The translations under genes and the position numbers were made by a program. A DNA stretch of 64,000 nucleotides from Candidatus Wolfebacteria bacterium RIFOXYD12_FULL_48_21. GTDB lineage: Bacteria; Patescibacteriota; Minisyncoccia; UBA6257; UBA9933. The stretch is taken from assembly GCA_001793945.1 (NCBI GenBank), contig MGIW01000006.1, positions 202,239 to 266,238 of the forward strand. Reading direction: 5' to 3'. Within the stretch, counting starts at the first letter, position 1. Each line of letters begins with the position of its first letter. Of the stretch, positions 18,078-26,614 are shown in pieces. The notes below the pieces were generated by a model. It saw nothing but the letters and a program-made list of their open reading frames with translations. It did not search any database and had not been told where the DNA came from.

Positions 18078-18110
18078 TGACACCATTATTCATGGTGTTA
18101 TTATTAGTAT
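18078..18110 (+). promoter_or_regulatory. candidate promoter TTGACA-18-TATTAG with caccattattcatggtg palindrome
   Basis: cctattgacaccattattcatggtgttattattagtatgc just upstream of the first small HTH gene. Confidence 0.4.
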
Positions 18111-18145
18111 GCAAGTTAAAAGAAATACTTAATAAAAATAAACAC

Positions 18146-18391
18146 ATGGAAAAATCTGAGGGACTATCTGAACTTAAAGAGCTTAACAAGAAGATTGAGG
18201 TAGTGATTGCTCTGCTTCTTAAAATGTTACCTAAAGATAATCAGGGAATTTCACTTAAAGATCAAATTAAATTGTTGGATAGTCTCCATATTCGGCCAAG
18301 TGAAATAGCTGAAATTATCGGACGAACTCAGAGCTATGTGAGTAAAGAGCTTGTGTACATCCGAAAGGATAAAAAACAAAAAATTAACTAA
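18146..18391 (+). CDS. small HTH protein, paralog 1 of 4
   Basis: MEKSEGLSELKELNKKIEVVIALLL...SEIAEIIGRTQSYVSKEL (sigma-70 region 4 / LuxR-like HTH pattern). Confidence 0.5.
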   Translation: MEKSEGLSELKELNKKIEVVIALLLKMLPKDNQGISLKDQIKLLDSLHIRPSEIAEIIGRTQSYVSKELVYIRKDKKQKIN

Positions 18392-18403
18392 TAATATATC
18401 TAT

Positions 18404-18619
18404 ATGAGTGAAAATGAAATTTTGTCATCAGTGTCAAAAAAGCTAGGAGTTTTAATTGCTTTGAATTTGATGACGCTTAATAGCAAGGCAACTGTAATTG
18501 ACAATGTTGCTCTACTTGATCGTTTTGGTTTATCTACTACTGAAATTTCGGAAATATTAAATACCTCTAAAGGTACGGTCGATGTTACGAAAAGTAGAAT
18601 TAAAAAAGGAAAAAAATAA
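18404..18619 (+). CDS. small HTH protein, paralog 2 of 4
   Basis: ...LGVLIALNLMTLNSKATVIDNVALLDRFGLSTTEISEILNTSKGTV. Confidence 0.5.
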   Translation: MSENEILSSVSKKLGVLIALNLMTLNSKATVIDNVALLDRFGLSTTEISEILNTSKGTVDVTKSRIKKGKK

Positions 18620-18623
18620 TAAT

Positions 18624-18806
18624 ATGGAAAGTAAAGAACTTATTAAAGAGTTAAAATCTTTAAATAAAACAATAAAAGATCAGTTCATCTTCCTTTTATG
18701 CCGAGAAGGTTATACTAAAGAACAAATTAGGATAATTATCGGAAGTATTGATAATACTAGGATAACCCAGATTAGTTCTGGGCTTAAAAAAATAAATAAA
18801 AAATAA
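18624..18806 (+). CDS. small HTH protein, paralog 3 of 4
   Basis: MESKELIKELKSLNKTIKDQFIFLLCREGYTKEQIRIIIGSIDNTRITQISSGL. Confidence 0.45.
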   Translation: MESKELIKELKSLNKTIKDQFIFLLCREGYTKEQIRIIIGSIDNTRITQISSGLKKINKK

Positions 18807-18808
18807 TC

Positions 18809-18979
18809 ATGACGAAACAGAAAGAGCAAAAGTTGGATACTTTGGAACAGATCAAGCGACTACTCATTCTTGCCCTAGTGCATCAAGGTGTCCAAGGGAA
18901 GGATGTTGCTGCGGTGCTCGGCGTTGATCCGGCGGTTGTCAGCCGTATGGTTCCAACTCGGCAAATAAAGAAGAAATAA
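18809..18979 (+). CDS. small HTH protein, paralog 4 of 4 (56 aa, below ORF-track cutoff)
   Basis: Own translation: MTKQKEQKLDTLEQIKRLLILALVHQGVQGKDVAAVLGVDPAVVSRMVPTRQIKKK; same architecture as the other three. Confidence 0.45.
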   Translation: MTKQKEQKLDTLEQIKRLLILALVHQGVQGKDVAAVLGVDPAVVSRMVPTRQIKKK

Positions 18980-18983
18980 TGAT

Positions 18984-19709
18984 ATGGCCCGCCCTCGCAT
19001 CCTTGATTTAAAACTAATGGTAAAAATTGCCAAAAAACTTGGCAAAAAGGATACTATTTCTATAAATAAGATGGTAAGTAGAAAAGCATCAAAACTTGGC
19101 ATATCTGCCGAGTCGGCTTTGATACTTTTAGCGAAGGAGTATGGGATAGGTGCATCTACATATCAGCGTAATCTTGGTGTTACGAAACAAGCGGAGGTGC
19201 GAGATGCATTGCCATCTATTTTTATACAAGCGCGGGCGATGAGTCATGAGAATAAGACAAAAAATAATAGCGAGGTAAAACCGTCTATTAGTAAAAAAAC
19301 AGCACTGAAGCTTACAATAGAGTATTTAATCGAGGATCAGGAATTACGAAGTAGATGTCAGGATATTCTTATGGCTTCTGCAAATTTTGATAGACCTATT
19401 AACCAAGCAACTTTAGTACTTGAGGATAGAATAAGGAAAAAAGCAAAACCTCTTACGAAAATGGTTGGGGAAAATTTAGTGGGGTATGCTTTTAATGAAG
19501 AAATTTCCAAAACAGTTCTTCGCGTTGCGAGTAATGATGCTGATGATCAGCGTGGATTTGCACAAATTTTGAGAGGTATTGTACCTGCATTTCGAAATAA
19601 AACACATCATCATATTGTTGAACATTTTTCTAGAGAAGAGGCAATCAGAGTTTGTGGGTTTATCGATGTTTTGTTACGAGTTGTAGATAATTCTGTAAAA
19701 ATAAAATAA
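18984..19709 (+). CDS. hypothetical protein with C-terminal CHP02391 (Hypoth_Ymh)-like domain
   Basis: C-terminal ...GFAQILRGIVPAFRNKTHHHIVEHFSREEAIRVCGFIDVLLRVV resembles the TIGR02391 family seen in defence contexts; assignment tentative. Confidence 0.35.
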   Translation: MARPRILDLKLMVKIAKKLGKKDTISINKMVSRKASKLGISAESALILLAKEYGIGASTYQRNLGVTKQAEVRDALPSIFIQARAMSHENKTKNNSEVKPSISKKTALKLTIEYLIEDQELRSRCQDILMASANFDRPINQATLVLEDRIRKKAKPLTKMVGENLVGYAFNEEISKTVLRVASNDADDQRGFAQILRGIVPAFRNKTHHHIVEHFSREEAIRVCGFIDVLLRVVDNSVKIK

Positions 19710-19779
19710 GCTTAATAGTCACTCCTGCGGGATTTTTGGTTGGTTTCTAAATAAGGTGGAATTTGGTAAAATTTTAAAA

Positions 19780-20280
19780 ATGCCGTATAAAGATCCAGCA
19801 AAATTTAAGGAGTTAAATTTTTTGTTTAAAGAAATAATAGACCGGATTATGATCGCTGATATCTTGCGATTAAAAGAACTTGACCCACTATTAAGATTTC
19901 ATGGTTCCGAATATTATGGTGGACGCGGGACGACTCCCATGGTTCTTTATATTTTTGTTTGCATGGAATTTTTGGGTTCTTTAATAATGGAAGTTGAAGC
20001 TAAGGGTTCCGGTAGTACACAGAAAAAAGTTTTGGCGTATATGGAGATGACTTTTGGTCCCGATATGGATTTGTTTATTACACACAGAAGGTTGTTTATT
20101 AAATTTTATCGCAACGCATTAGCTCACGGATTTTTTCCTGGAGGAGGGGGTATAAGTCGGGGCGGCTCGCAAGTATTAGGAGTAACAGCGAGAGGGGATT
20201 TAATTCTTGACGCTGATATTTTGCAGATATGTTTGTTAGGTCGGTGTGGCGTTTTAAACGGCTATTTCGTTCTCGGATAG
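19780..20280 (+). CDS. hypothetical protein
   Basis: ORF preceded by conserved module copy c; the ORF-track start at 19756 is a GTG inside the module, so the ATG at 19780 is used; no motif recognised. Confidence 0.35.
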   Translation: MPYKDPAKFKELNFLFKEIIDRIMIADILRLKELDPLLRFHGSEYYGGRGTTPMVLYIFVCMEFLGSLIMEVEAKGSGSTQKKVLAYMEMTFGPDMDLFITHRRLFIKFYRNALAHGFFPGGGGISRGGSQVLGVTARGDLILDADILQICLLGRCGVLNGYFVLG

Positions 20281-20420
20281 GCTTGACTACATATCCTTAT
20301 TTGGTAAATCAAGTTGTCGATAGATTTTTAAAAATACAGCAGAGATAACCCTGATCCTTTATAATTTATAAATGGGTCAGAATTTGGTAAGATTGAGTTG
20401 AAATGGGGTGTAATTATTAA

Positions 20421-21257
20421 ATGGAGAATACAATCGTGGAAATGTTAATACCGCATAATGATCCGAATGGACTTCGGATTATTAAGCTTGCTGGGTGGAT
20501 CGGAAGGGCATTTGTTATTCCTCGTGCAGATATTAAAGAGATAAAAGCATTAAAGGAGGCGAGTCATCCTGCTGTGTATTTTCTTATTGGAGAAGAGGAT
20601 GGTAAGGCAACTGTTTACATAGGACAAACTGATAATTTTGAGCGTCGACTTAATCAGCAGGTGGTAGCAAAAAATTATTGGGATATCGCCATGGTATTTA
20701 CCGGCGAATTGGATATTGATGTTCAATATTTAGAATATATTTGCACAAAAGAAGCAAGAGAGTCTGGTAGATATGAAATAAAAAATGCAACAGGAACGCC
20801 TGGGCGGAATATATCTGATTTTCAACGAGTTGCGAATAATAAGTTTTTTGAAAATATAAAGTTCGTTGTCTCATTGTTAAGTTACCCGATTTTCCAGGAA
20901 GTTCCGAAGGAGCAGCAGGCTGATAAAATCTATCACCTTAAACTTTCGAGGAGTAATGATGTTTTAGGAAGGGGTGCACTGCTTTCAAGCGGTGAGTTTG
21001 TAGTATACGCAGGATCTATGGCTCGAATAGTCGAAGCAAAAAGCTTTCAGGGAAGGAAGGGGTCTGGGCTTCGCAAACAACTTATCGATGAAGGTGTTTT
21101 GCAGAATCAAGATGGTATTTCTTATATTTTTACAAAAGATTATATTTTTGGAAGTCCAAGCGCAGCTGGTTATGTTATCACTGGTATGTCGACAAATGGG
21201 TGGACGAGCTGGAAAGACAAGAATGGAAAGACCCTCGATGAGAATGTGAGGAAATAA
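20421..21257 (+). CDS. GIY-YIG nuclease domain + DUF4357 protein
   Basis: PAVYFLIGEEDGKATVYIGQTDNFERRLNQ (GIY-YIG); C-terminal YIFTKDYIFGSPSAAGYVITGMSTNGWTSWKDKNGKTL (DUF4357-like). Confidence 0.65.
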   Translation: MENTIVEMLIPHNDPNGLRIIKLAGWIGRAFVIPRADIKEIKALKEASHPAVYFLIGEEDGKATVYIGQTDNFERRLNQQVVAKNYWDIAMVFTGELDIDVQYLEYICTKEARESGRYEIKNATGTPGRNISDFQRVANNKFFENIKFVVSLLSYPIFQEVPKEQQADKIYHLKLSRSNDVLGRGALLSSGEFVVYAGSMARIVEAKSFQGRKGSGLRKQLIDEGVLQNQDGISYIFTKDYIFGSPSAAGYVITGMSTNGWTSWKDKNGKTLDENVRK

Positions 21258-21363
21258 CTTGTAAAAATCCCGCATTCCTGCGTGATTTTTAGTTGGTTTA
21301 TAAATAGGGTGGAATTTGGTAAGCTTGGGAGTAATAAAGGTTACCCATGAAATTATTGGAATT

Positions 21364-23763
21364 ATGAGTCTCTACGAGAAATTACAAAAAGCTACGAGTG
21401 AAGAGGATGTTAAAGATATCTATATAAAAGCACTTGGGCTAAAGGAATATCAGAAAAATCTTATAGATATTCAAACGAAAGAAGTTTGGTTCGAAGCCAA
21501 GCAGAATTCTAAGCTGTCGACTTATGCCATGTTCACCCAGCTACTGCATTATGTGCAGGAGGCACTGGATAAGGGAGGATATGTTCCTCCATTTTTGGCC
21601 GTAATTGATACGCAAAAGGCAGCTATAATGAAAAGTGTCGATATTATTCCCTTTCTCGAAAAGAAAACTATTAAGTGGGGCAAGTCAGCAAGTAGTTATA
21701 CACAGGAAGCTCTCGATATTGTATCTGCGTATATTGGCACGCACTTTGTTTCTTTTAAGATTGAAACGCACGAGGAAGAATTTATACAAGCAATTAAAGG
21801 CGCTATTAAAAATGGCGATATTATTAGAACTCAAATTACCCCAGACAATTTAAAACAAGTTTTCGATAAGTGGGTACAGATGATCGGGCGAGAAATAAGG
21901 GATGTTAAAGAGGAGGATTATGTGCTGCTATTTTTTGCTGATATTATGCATGACGGTACTGTTTCTACGCATAATGATCTTCCTGCAGAGTTATTACACA
22001 AAAATAATGCTCCGGTATTTAGTCTGGGCGGGAAAATTTATGAACTCGGAAATAAAGAAGGTTATCGACAATTCTGGGCAATTTATCACAAACCGCCAAA
22101 AGCAGAATATCGCGATTATTTATTAGAACGGAGAGACAGTCTAATCCCAATTGATGAAAGAAGTTTTAAAGGTGCCTATTACACACCGCTCCAAGTGGTG
22201 GATAAGGCTTATGATAAACTTCTAGAAACCTTAGGAGATAATTGGCAAAAAGAGTATATCGTATGGGATATGTGTTGTGGCGTTGGAAATTTAGAGGTTA
22301 AACATAGTAATCCTCGCAATATTTACATGTCTACATTAGACAGTGAAGATGTGGATGTGATGAAAGCTACTAAAACCTGCGTAGCGGCGCAGCGGTTTCA
22401 ATACGATTATTTGAATGATGATATTGCTGATGATGGTAAAATAGATTACACACTAACTAATAAAGTGCCTGAAGGTTTACGCAAGGCTATTGCTGACGGC
22501 AAAAAGATTTTAGTGCTGATCAATCCGCCATATGCGGAAGCTATGAGTGCTGATAATATATCAAATAATGAAAAGGCGGAAAGTAAGTTAGGCGTTTCTA
22601 AGACTCGGGTTGCGTCAATAATGGATACTCAGGGTTATGCAACTAGGGAGTTATTCGTGCAATTTCTCGTGAGATTATCGCTTGAGATACCAAGTGCTAC
22701 CTTGGCGATGTTTAGCAAATTAAAATATGTAAATGCCCCTAATTTTGAGAAATTTAGAGAAACCTGGAATGCGAAATATAAGGGTGGTTTTATCGTGCAC
22801 AGCAAGGCTTTTGATGGATTAAAGGGTGATTTCCCAATTGGCTTTTTAGTGTGGCAAACAGATCAAAATGCAAAAGTGAAAACACCGATAATTGAATTAG
22901 TGGCTGAAGTGCTGGATAAAAATGCTAATCCAATTGGGGAGAAATATTTTTATAATCTATCAAACGACAAGCTTCTTGGAGATTGGATAAAAAGACCCAA
23001 AGCAAATAAGATCGATGTTGTGCCATTAAAAAATACAGTTACTCCAGCTACGGTTAGTAAAGATTTACGAGGAACAAAATGGTCCGATAATGCAATTGGT
23101 TGCATGATTTTTCAGGGTAGTGATGTTCAACATTCAAAAACAACCGCAATACTGTCCTCGGGTTTTGGTAGTGCGGGGAGTATATTTATCAATCCGGAAA
23201 ATCTTTGGCAAGCCTCGATCATTTTTGCTGTTCGCCGTCTCATTAAGCCTACTTGGGTGAACGATCGGGATCAATTTTTGCAACCAACAGAACCACTTAC
23301 CGATGAGTTTAAAAATGATTGTCTTGTATGGATGCTTTTTAATGGAAGTAATCTTACCGCCAGCGCAAATGATCTCGAGTGGAATGGTAAGAAATGGTCA
23401 ATTGTTAATCATTTTATCCCGTATACCGAGGAAGATGTAAACGCTCCAGAACGCTTTGAATCAGATTTTATGGTGCGGTATTTAGCTGGTAAGCAGTTCT
23501 CGCCTGAAGCGGTCGCAGTATTGAGAGAAGGAAAGTTGTTGTGGCAAGCATATTTTGCGAATACAGACACCAGAACGGTTCGAGATGAATTGATGTTGAA
23601 TCGTCCTGATGTGGGGTGGTATCAAATCAGAAAAGCGATCCAAGCGCGAAATGCGATTAGTGATTCTTCTCCAGTTAGTTTAGAATCTTTTGAAAAGGAG
23701 TACGGCGCTTTAACCGAAAAGCTAAAACCTCAAGTATATGCGTTAGGATTTTTAAAAATCTAA
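21364..23763 (+). CDS. Type IIG restriction-modification enzyme (MmeI-like: N-terminal PD-ExK nuclease + gamma-class N6-adenine MTase + target-recognition domain)
   Basis: N-terminal D-x8-E-A-K (LIDIQTKEVWFEAKQ) like the MmeI catalytic triad; MTase motif IV VLINPPYAEA; large C-terminal region. Confidence 0.7.
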   Translation: MSLYEKLQKATSEEDVKDIYIKALGLKEYQKNLIDIQTKEVWFEAKQNSKLSTYAMFTQLLHYVQEALDKGGYVPPFLAVIDTQKAAIMKSVDIIPFLEKKTIKWGKSASSYTQEALDIVSAYIGTHFVSFKIETHEEEFIQAIKGAIKNGDIIRTQITPDNLKQVFDKWVQMIGREIRDVKEEDYVLLFFADIMHDGTVSTHNDLPAELLHKNNAPVFSLGGKIYELGNKEGYRQFWAIYHKPPKAEYRDYLLERRDSLIPIDERSFKGAYYTPLQVVDKAYDKLLETLGDNWQKEYIVWDMCCGVGNLEVKHSNPRNIYMSTLDSEDVDVMKATKTCVAAQRFQYDYLNDDIADDGKIDYTLTNKVPEGLRKAIADGKKILVLINPPYAEAMSADNISNNEKAESKLGVSKTRVASIMDTQGYATRELFVQFLVRLSLEIPSATLAMFSKLKYVNAPNFEKFRETWNAKYKGGFIVHSKAFDGLKGDFPIGFLVWQTDQNAKVKTPIIELVAEVLDKNANPIGEKYFYNLSNDKLLGDWIKRPKANKIDVVPLKNTVTPATVSKDLRGTKWSDNAIGCMIFQGSDVQHSKTTAILSSGFGSAGSIFINPENLWQASIIFAVRRLIKPTWVNDRDQFLQPTEPLTDEFKNDCLVWMLFNGSNLTASANDLEWNGKKWSIVNHFIPYTEEDVNAPERFESDFMVRYLAGKQFSPEAVAVLREGKLLWQAYFANTDTRTVRDELMLNRPDVGWYQIRKAIQARNAISDSSPVSLESFEKEYGALTEKLKPQVYALGFLKI

Positions 23764-23847
23764 TCATTTTAACCTTAGGAGGTGGTCGTGGTATTGCCAG
23801 AGATAATATAATTAACAAAGGAAATTGATAAAAATTAATATTTAATT

Positions 23848-24330
23848 ATGGACCCACAAAACAAAGATTTTATAAAGCATCTTATTAAGGGGAAGATTGC
23901 AGAGATTATATTTGAGCAGATGTTTCGAGAATCGGGGAAGTATACCATCCTTCGTTCTGGTTATGAATACACGCTTCCTGAGCTTGCGCAGTACCAACAT
24001 ATTGCTGAGATTAAAGCCGTTATGGAAAATATTCGTAATGCACCCGATTTCATACTTGTTTCCCAGGATAAAACCGAAGTACATTTGGTTGAAGTTAAAT
24101 ATCGCGCTAACCGATATACAAATGAAGTAAATGAGCTTGCTACTAATCTGCTCGTACGATGGAATCCTTCTTGGCTTTTTGTCGCTTGCCCTGATGGATT
24201 CTTCTTTGAGCCGTGTAATACGATTGCCAATAAAGAAGGAGAGATTGGTCCGCTTTTTGAAAAATGGGTAGCCCCTGAAATTCAAGCTGAGTATTTAAAA
24301 CTACTTAATGAATTCGAGCCGAAGGGGTGA
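23848..24330 (+). CDS. PD-(D/E)xK nuclease-like protein
   Basis: NAPDFILVSQDKTEVHLVEVKYR gives PD...E-V-K spacing typical of the restriction-endonuclease fold. Confidence 0.4.
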   Translation: MDPQNKDFIKHLIKGKIAEIIFEQMFRESGKYTILRSGYEYTLPELAQYQHIAEIKAVMENIRNAPDFILVSQDKTEVHLVEVKYRANRYTNEVNELATNLLVRWNPSWLFVACPDGFFFEPCNTIANKEGEIGPLFEKWVAPEIQAEYLKLLNEFEPKG

Positions 24331-24345
24331 TATTTGATATAAATA

Positions 24346-24963
24346 ATGCTTGATATTGAAAATCTTCTCAAGGAATTATCTAAGAAGCGCCCGGTCTTTC
24401 ATTCGGAGGCTGATTTTCAGCATGCGCTTGCTTGGGGAATTCATGAAGCTTATCCGGACTATAAAATTCGACTGGAGATTCGGCCCGGGAATTCCAAAGA
24501 AAAGGAATATCTTGATATATTCATTGAATATAAAGGGATAAATTGTTTTATCGAATTAAAATATAAAACTAAGAAATATAGCGTAGAATTTGATCGTGAA
24601 AATTTTTCTCTCGCAGGACATAGTGCTCATGATATTGGGAGATACGATTTTATTAAAGATATTCAGCGGGTAGAAAAATTTTTGGGGAAAGATGACATGG
24701 CCGAGGGTTATGCGATTCTGTTGACCAATGACAGGGCTTATTGGTCCGAATCGTATCGCATGACCGTCGATAAGGATTTTCGTGTTCATGAGGGTAGAAT
24801 TTTACAGGGTCGCCTTGTATGGGATCAAAGGGCATCAGAGGGTACAAGGAAGGGGAGAAACAAAGAGCTTCATTTACGAGGGACTTATGAGTGTAATTGG
24901 AATGATTTTTCAAATATTGATTCTGAGAGTTTTCGATACTTGTTAATTAAGGTTAGAAATTAA
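24346..24963 (+). CDS. PD-(D/E)xK nuclease-like protein (second, unrelated in sequence)
   Basis: YLDIFIEYKGINCFIELKYK gives D...E-L-K; upstream acidic residues HSEADFQHALAWGIHEAYPD. Confidence 0.35.
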   Translation: MLDIENLLKELSKKRPVFHSEADFQHALAWGIHEAYPDYKIRLEIRPGNSKEKEYLDIFIEYKGINCFIELKYKTKKYSVEFDRENFSLAGHSAHDIGRYDFIKDIQRVEKFLGKDDMAEGYAILLTNDRAYWSESYRMTVDKDFRVHEGRILQGRLVWDQRASEGTRKGRNKELHLRGTYECNWNDFSNIDSESFRYLLIKVRN

Positions 24964-24978
24964 TGCTATAATTACCCC

Positions 24979-25560
24979 ATGAACCTCAAACCCCTCATAC
25001 AACTGACCATTGCAATTGCAATAGCCGAACTCGCGGGGATCATTGGGTCATTTTTTACTGTGGGTGCTATAGATACTTGGTATGCGGGGATCGTTAAGCC
25101 TGCGTGGAATCCGCCCGCTTGGGTGTTTGGGCCGGTGTGGGTGGTGTTGTATGCGATGATGGGGGTTGCGGTTTGGTTGGTGTGGAGGAAGATGGATTCC
25201 CGGCGCATTGCAAGGAGCGGGGAGATCCTGAAACAAGTTCAGGATGACAATGCAAGCGGGAATGACAAACTAATAAAGGCAGCACTCTGGGTTTTTGGGG
25301 TGCAGTTGGGTTTGAACGCCCTGTGGTCCACCATCTTCTTTGGCTTGCACAGCCCGGGATGGGCTTTTGTAGAGATCGTTCTGTTGTGGGCCGCCATCGT
25401 CGGTACGATCGGCGTGTTTTGGCGCATCTCGAAGCCTGCGGCGTTGCTGTTGGTCCCTTACATTTTGTGGGTCAGTTTTGCAGGGTATTTGAACTACACC
25501 ATTTGGGATTTGAACAAGATCGACGAGCAAATGGTGTTTTGCACTGCCGATGCCATGTAA
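24979..25560 (+). CDS. tspO: TspO/MBR tryptophan-rich sensory protein, carrying an in-frame MITE-derived insertion
   Basis: KPAWNPPAWVFGPVWVVLYAMMG...WSTIFFG...LVPYILWVSFAGYLN; the inserted segment SRRIARSGEILKQVQDDNASGNDKLIK is encoded by atcctgaaacaagttcaggatgacaatgcaagcgggaatgacaa. Confidence 0.8.
   Translation: MNLKPLIQLTIAIAIAELAGIIGSFFTVGAIDTWYAGIVKPAWNPPAWVFGPVWVVLYAMMGVAVWLVWRKMDSRRIARSGEILKQVQDDNASGNDKLIKAALWVFGVQLGLNALWSTIFFGLHSPGWAFVEIVLLWAAIVGTIGVFWRISKPAALLLVPYILWVSFAGYLNYTIWDLNKIDEQMVFCTADAM
25222..25268 (+). mobile_element. MITE-family element inserted in-frame within tspO
   Basis: gatcctgaaacaagttcaggatgacaatgcaagcgggaatgacaa matches the intergenic copies at 30130-30175 and 13895-13925. 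Confidence 0.7.
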
Positions 25561-25711
25561 TGCCCGGACGGAACATTCGTAGGCCGCACCGGCCCAAACT
25601 GCGAGTTCCAATGCCCTTGAATTCCCCCCCCCATTTTTCTCATCTAACCCATCTAATCTAATTCATCCAACCCACCCAACCAACCCATTCAACCCTACCC
25701 CACAAAAATGC

Positions 25712-25750
25712 TTAATAATATTGCTATAGCAATATTATTAAGCGTTTTCT
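25712..25750. repeat. perfect palindrome gcttaataatattgctatagcaatattattaagc (copy 1)
   Basis: 17-bp arms; identical copy at 26446-26480; the two bracket the 25789-26418 gene. Confidence 0.8.
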
Positions 25751-25788
25751 ATAATGAATATAATACACATGCGCATGAAGTGTGAAAT

Positions 25789-26418
25789 ATGAAAAAAAGG
25801 GTGGATGGCAAACAAAGGCGAATCAGTGGGGCTTCGAGGAGGGATAAGGCCAAGGATCTGACGGGGAAGATTCTTCGGTTCTTGCTAATTAGTGGAGGCA
25901 TCGCTATTGCGATGACTTCGCCGTATTTTGTTACCAAAGTCGTCTACCCTGCGCTTGGCAAGTTGTTGTCCGGGGATGATTCGCTTAGCGATCCGGAGAA
26001 GAAGGCTCAGCTGCGCAATACATTTTACTATCTTCGGAGTAAGGGCTTTATTGAATTTGAGGATAGGAATGGGCAGGTGTTCATTTCTTTGACCGGAGAA
26101 GGCAAACGGATGGCCGGTAAGTATCAGATCAACGACTTAAAGATCAGGAAAGATAAGAAGTGGGATAAAAAGTGGCGCATATTGATCTTTGATATCGCCG
26201 AAAAGCATAAGATCAAGCGGGAGGCGCTGCGGGGCAAATTAAGAGAGCTGGGGTTTTATCAGTTGCAGAAAAGCGTGTGGGTGTATCCGTATGATTTTGA
26301 GCGGGAGGCCGTGCTTCTGCGGGATTTTTTTGGCCTTGCCGTGAAAGAAATGACGATCATTGCGGAGGCGAAGATCGAGGAGGATGACAACCTTCGGAAA
26401 TTTTTTGATGTTGCGTAA
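25789..26418 (+). CDS. PaaX-like regulator family protein (tentative)
   Basis: WDKKWRILIFDIAEKHKIKREALRGKLRELGFYQLQKSVWVYP resembles the PaaX C-terminal W-x-W-x5-D-[IL]-PE...R...LR..L...GF..LQ.SVW segment; N-terminus contains a hydrophobic helix. Confidence 0.35.
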   Translation: MKKRVDGKQRRISGASRRDKAKDLTGKILRFLLISGGIAIAMTSPYFVTKVVYPALGKLLSGDDSLSDPEKKAQLRNTFYYLRSKGFIEFEDRNGQVFISLTGEGKRMAGKYQINDLKIRKDKKWDKKWRILIFDIAEKHKIKREALRGKLRELGFYQLQKSVWVYPYDFEREAVLLRDFFGLAVKEMTIIAEAKIEEDDNLRKFFDVA

Positions 26419-26445
26419 TATTTATAGTGTACGCAAGGAATTAAA

Positions 26446-26480
26446 AACGCTTAATATTATTGCTATAGCAATATTATTAA
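26446..26480. repeat. perfect palindrome gcttaatattattgctatagcaatattattaagc (copy 2)
   Basis: See copy 1. Confidence 0.8.
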
Positions 26481-26614
26481 GCGTTTTTGTAGGGTGCGAT
26501 AACGATGCGATTTGTGTGGTGTATGTGATATACTTGATGTAGTTGCCCGTTGGATGCTGGTTGGCAGATGGGGTAGGGGTTATGGTTTGGGAATTTTAAA
26601 ATAGTAGATTCGTT

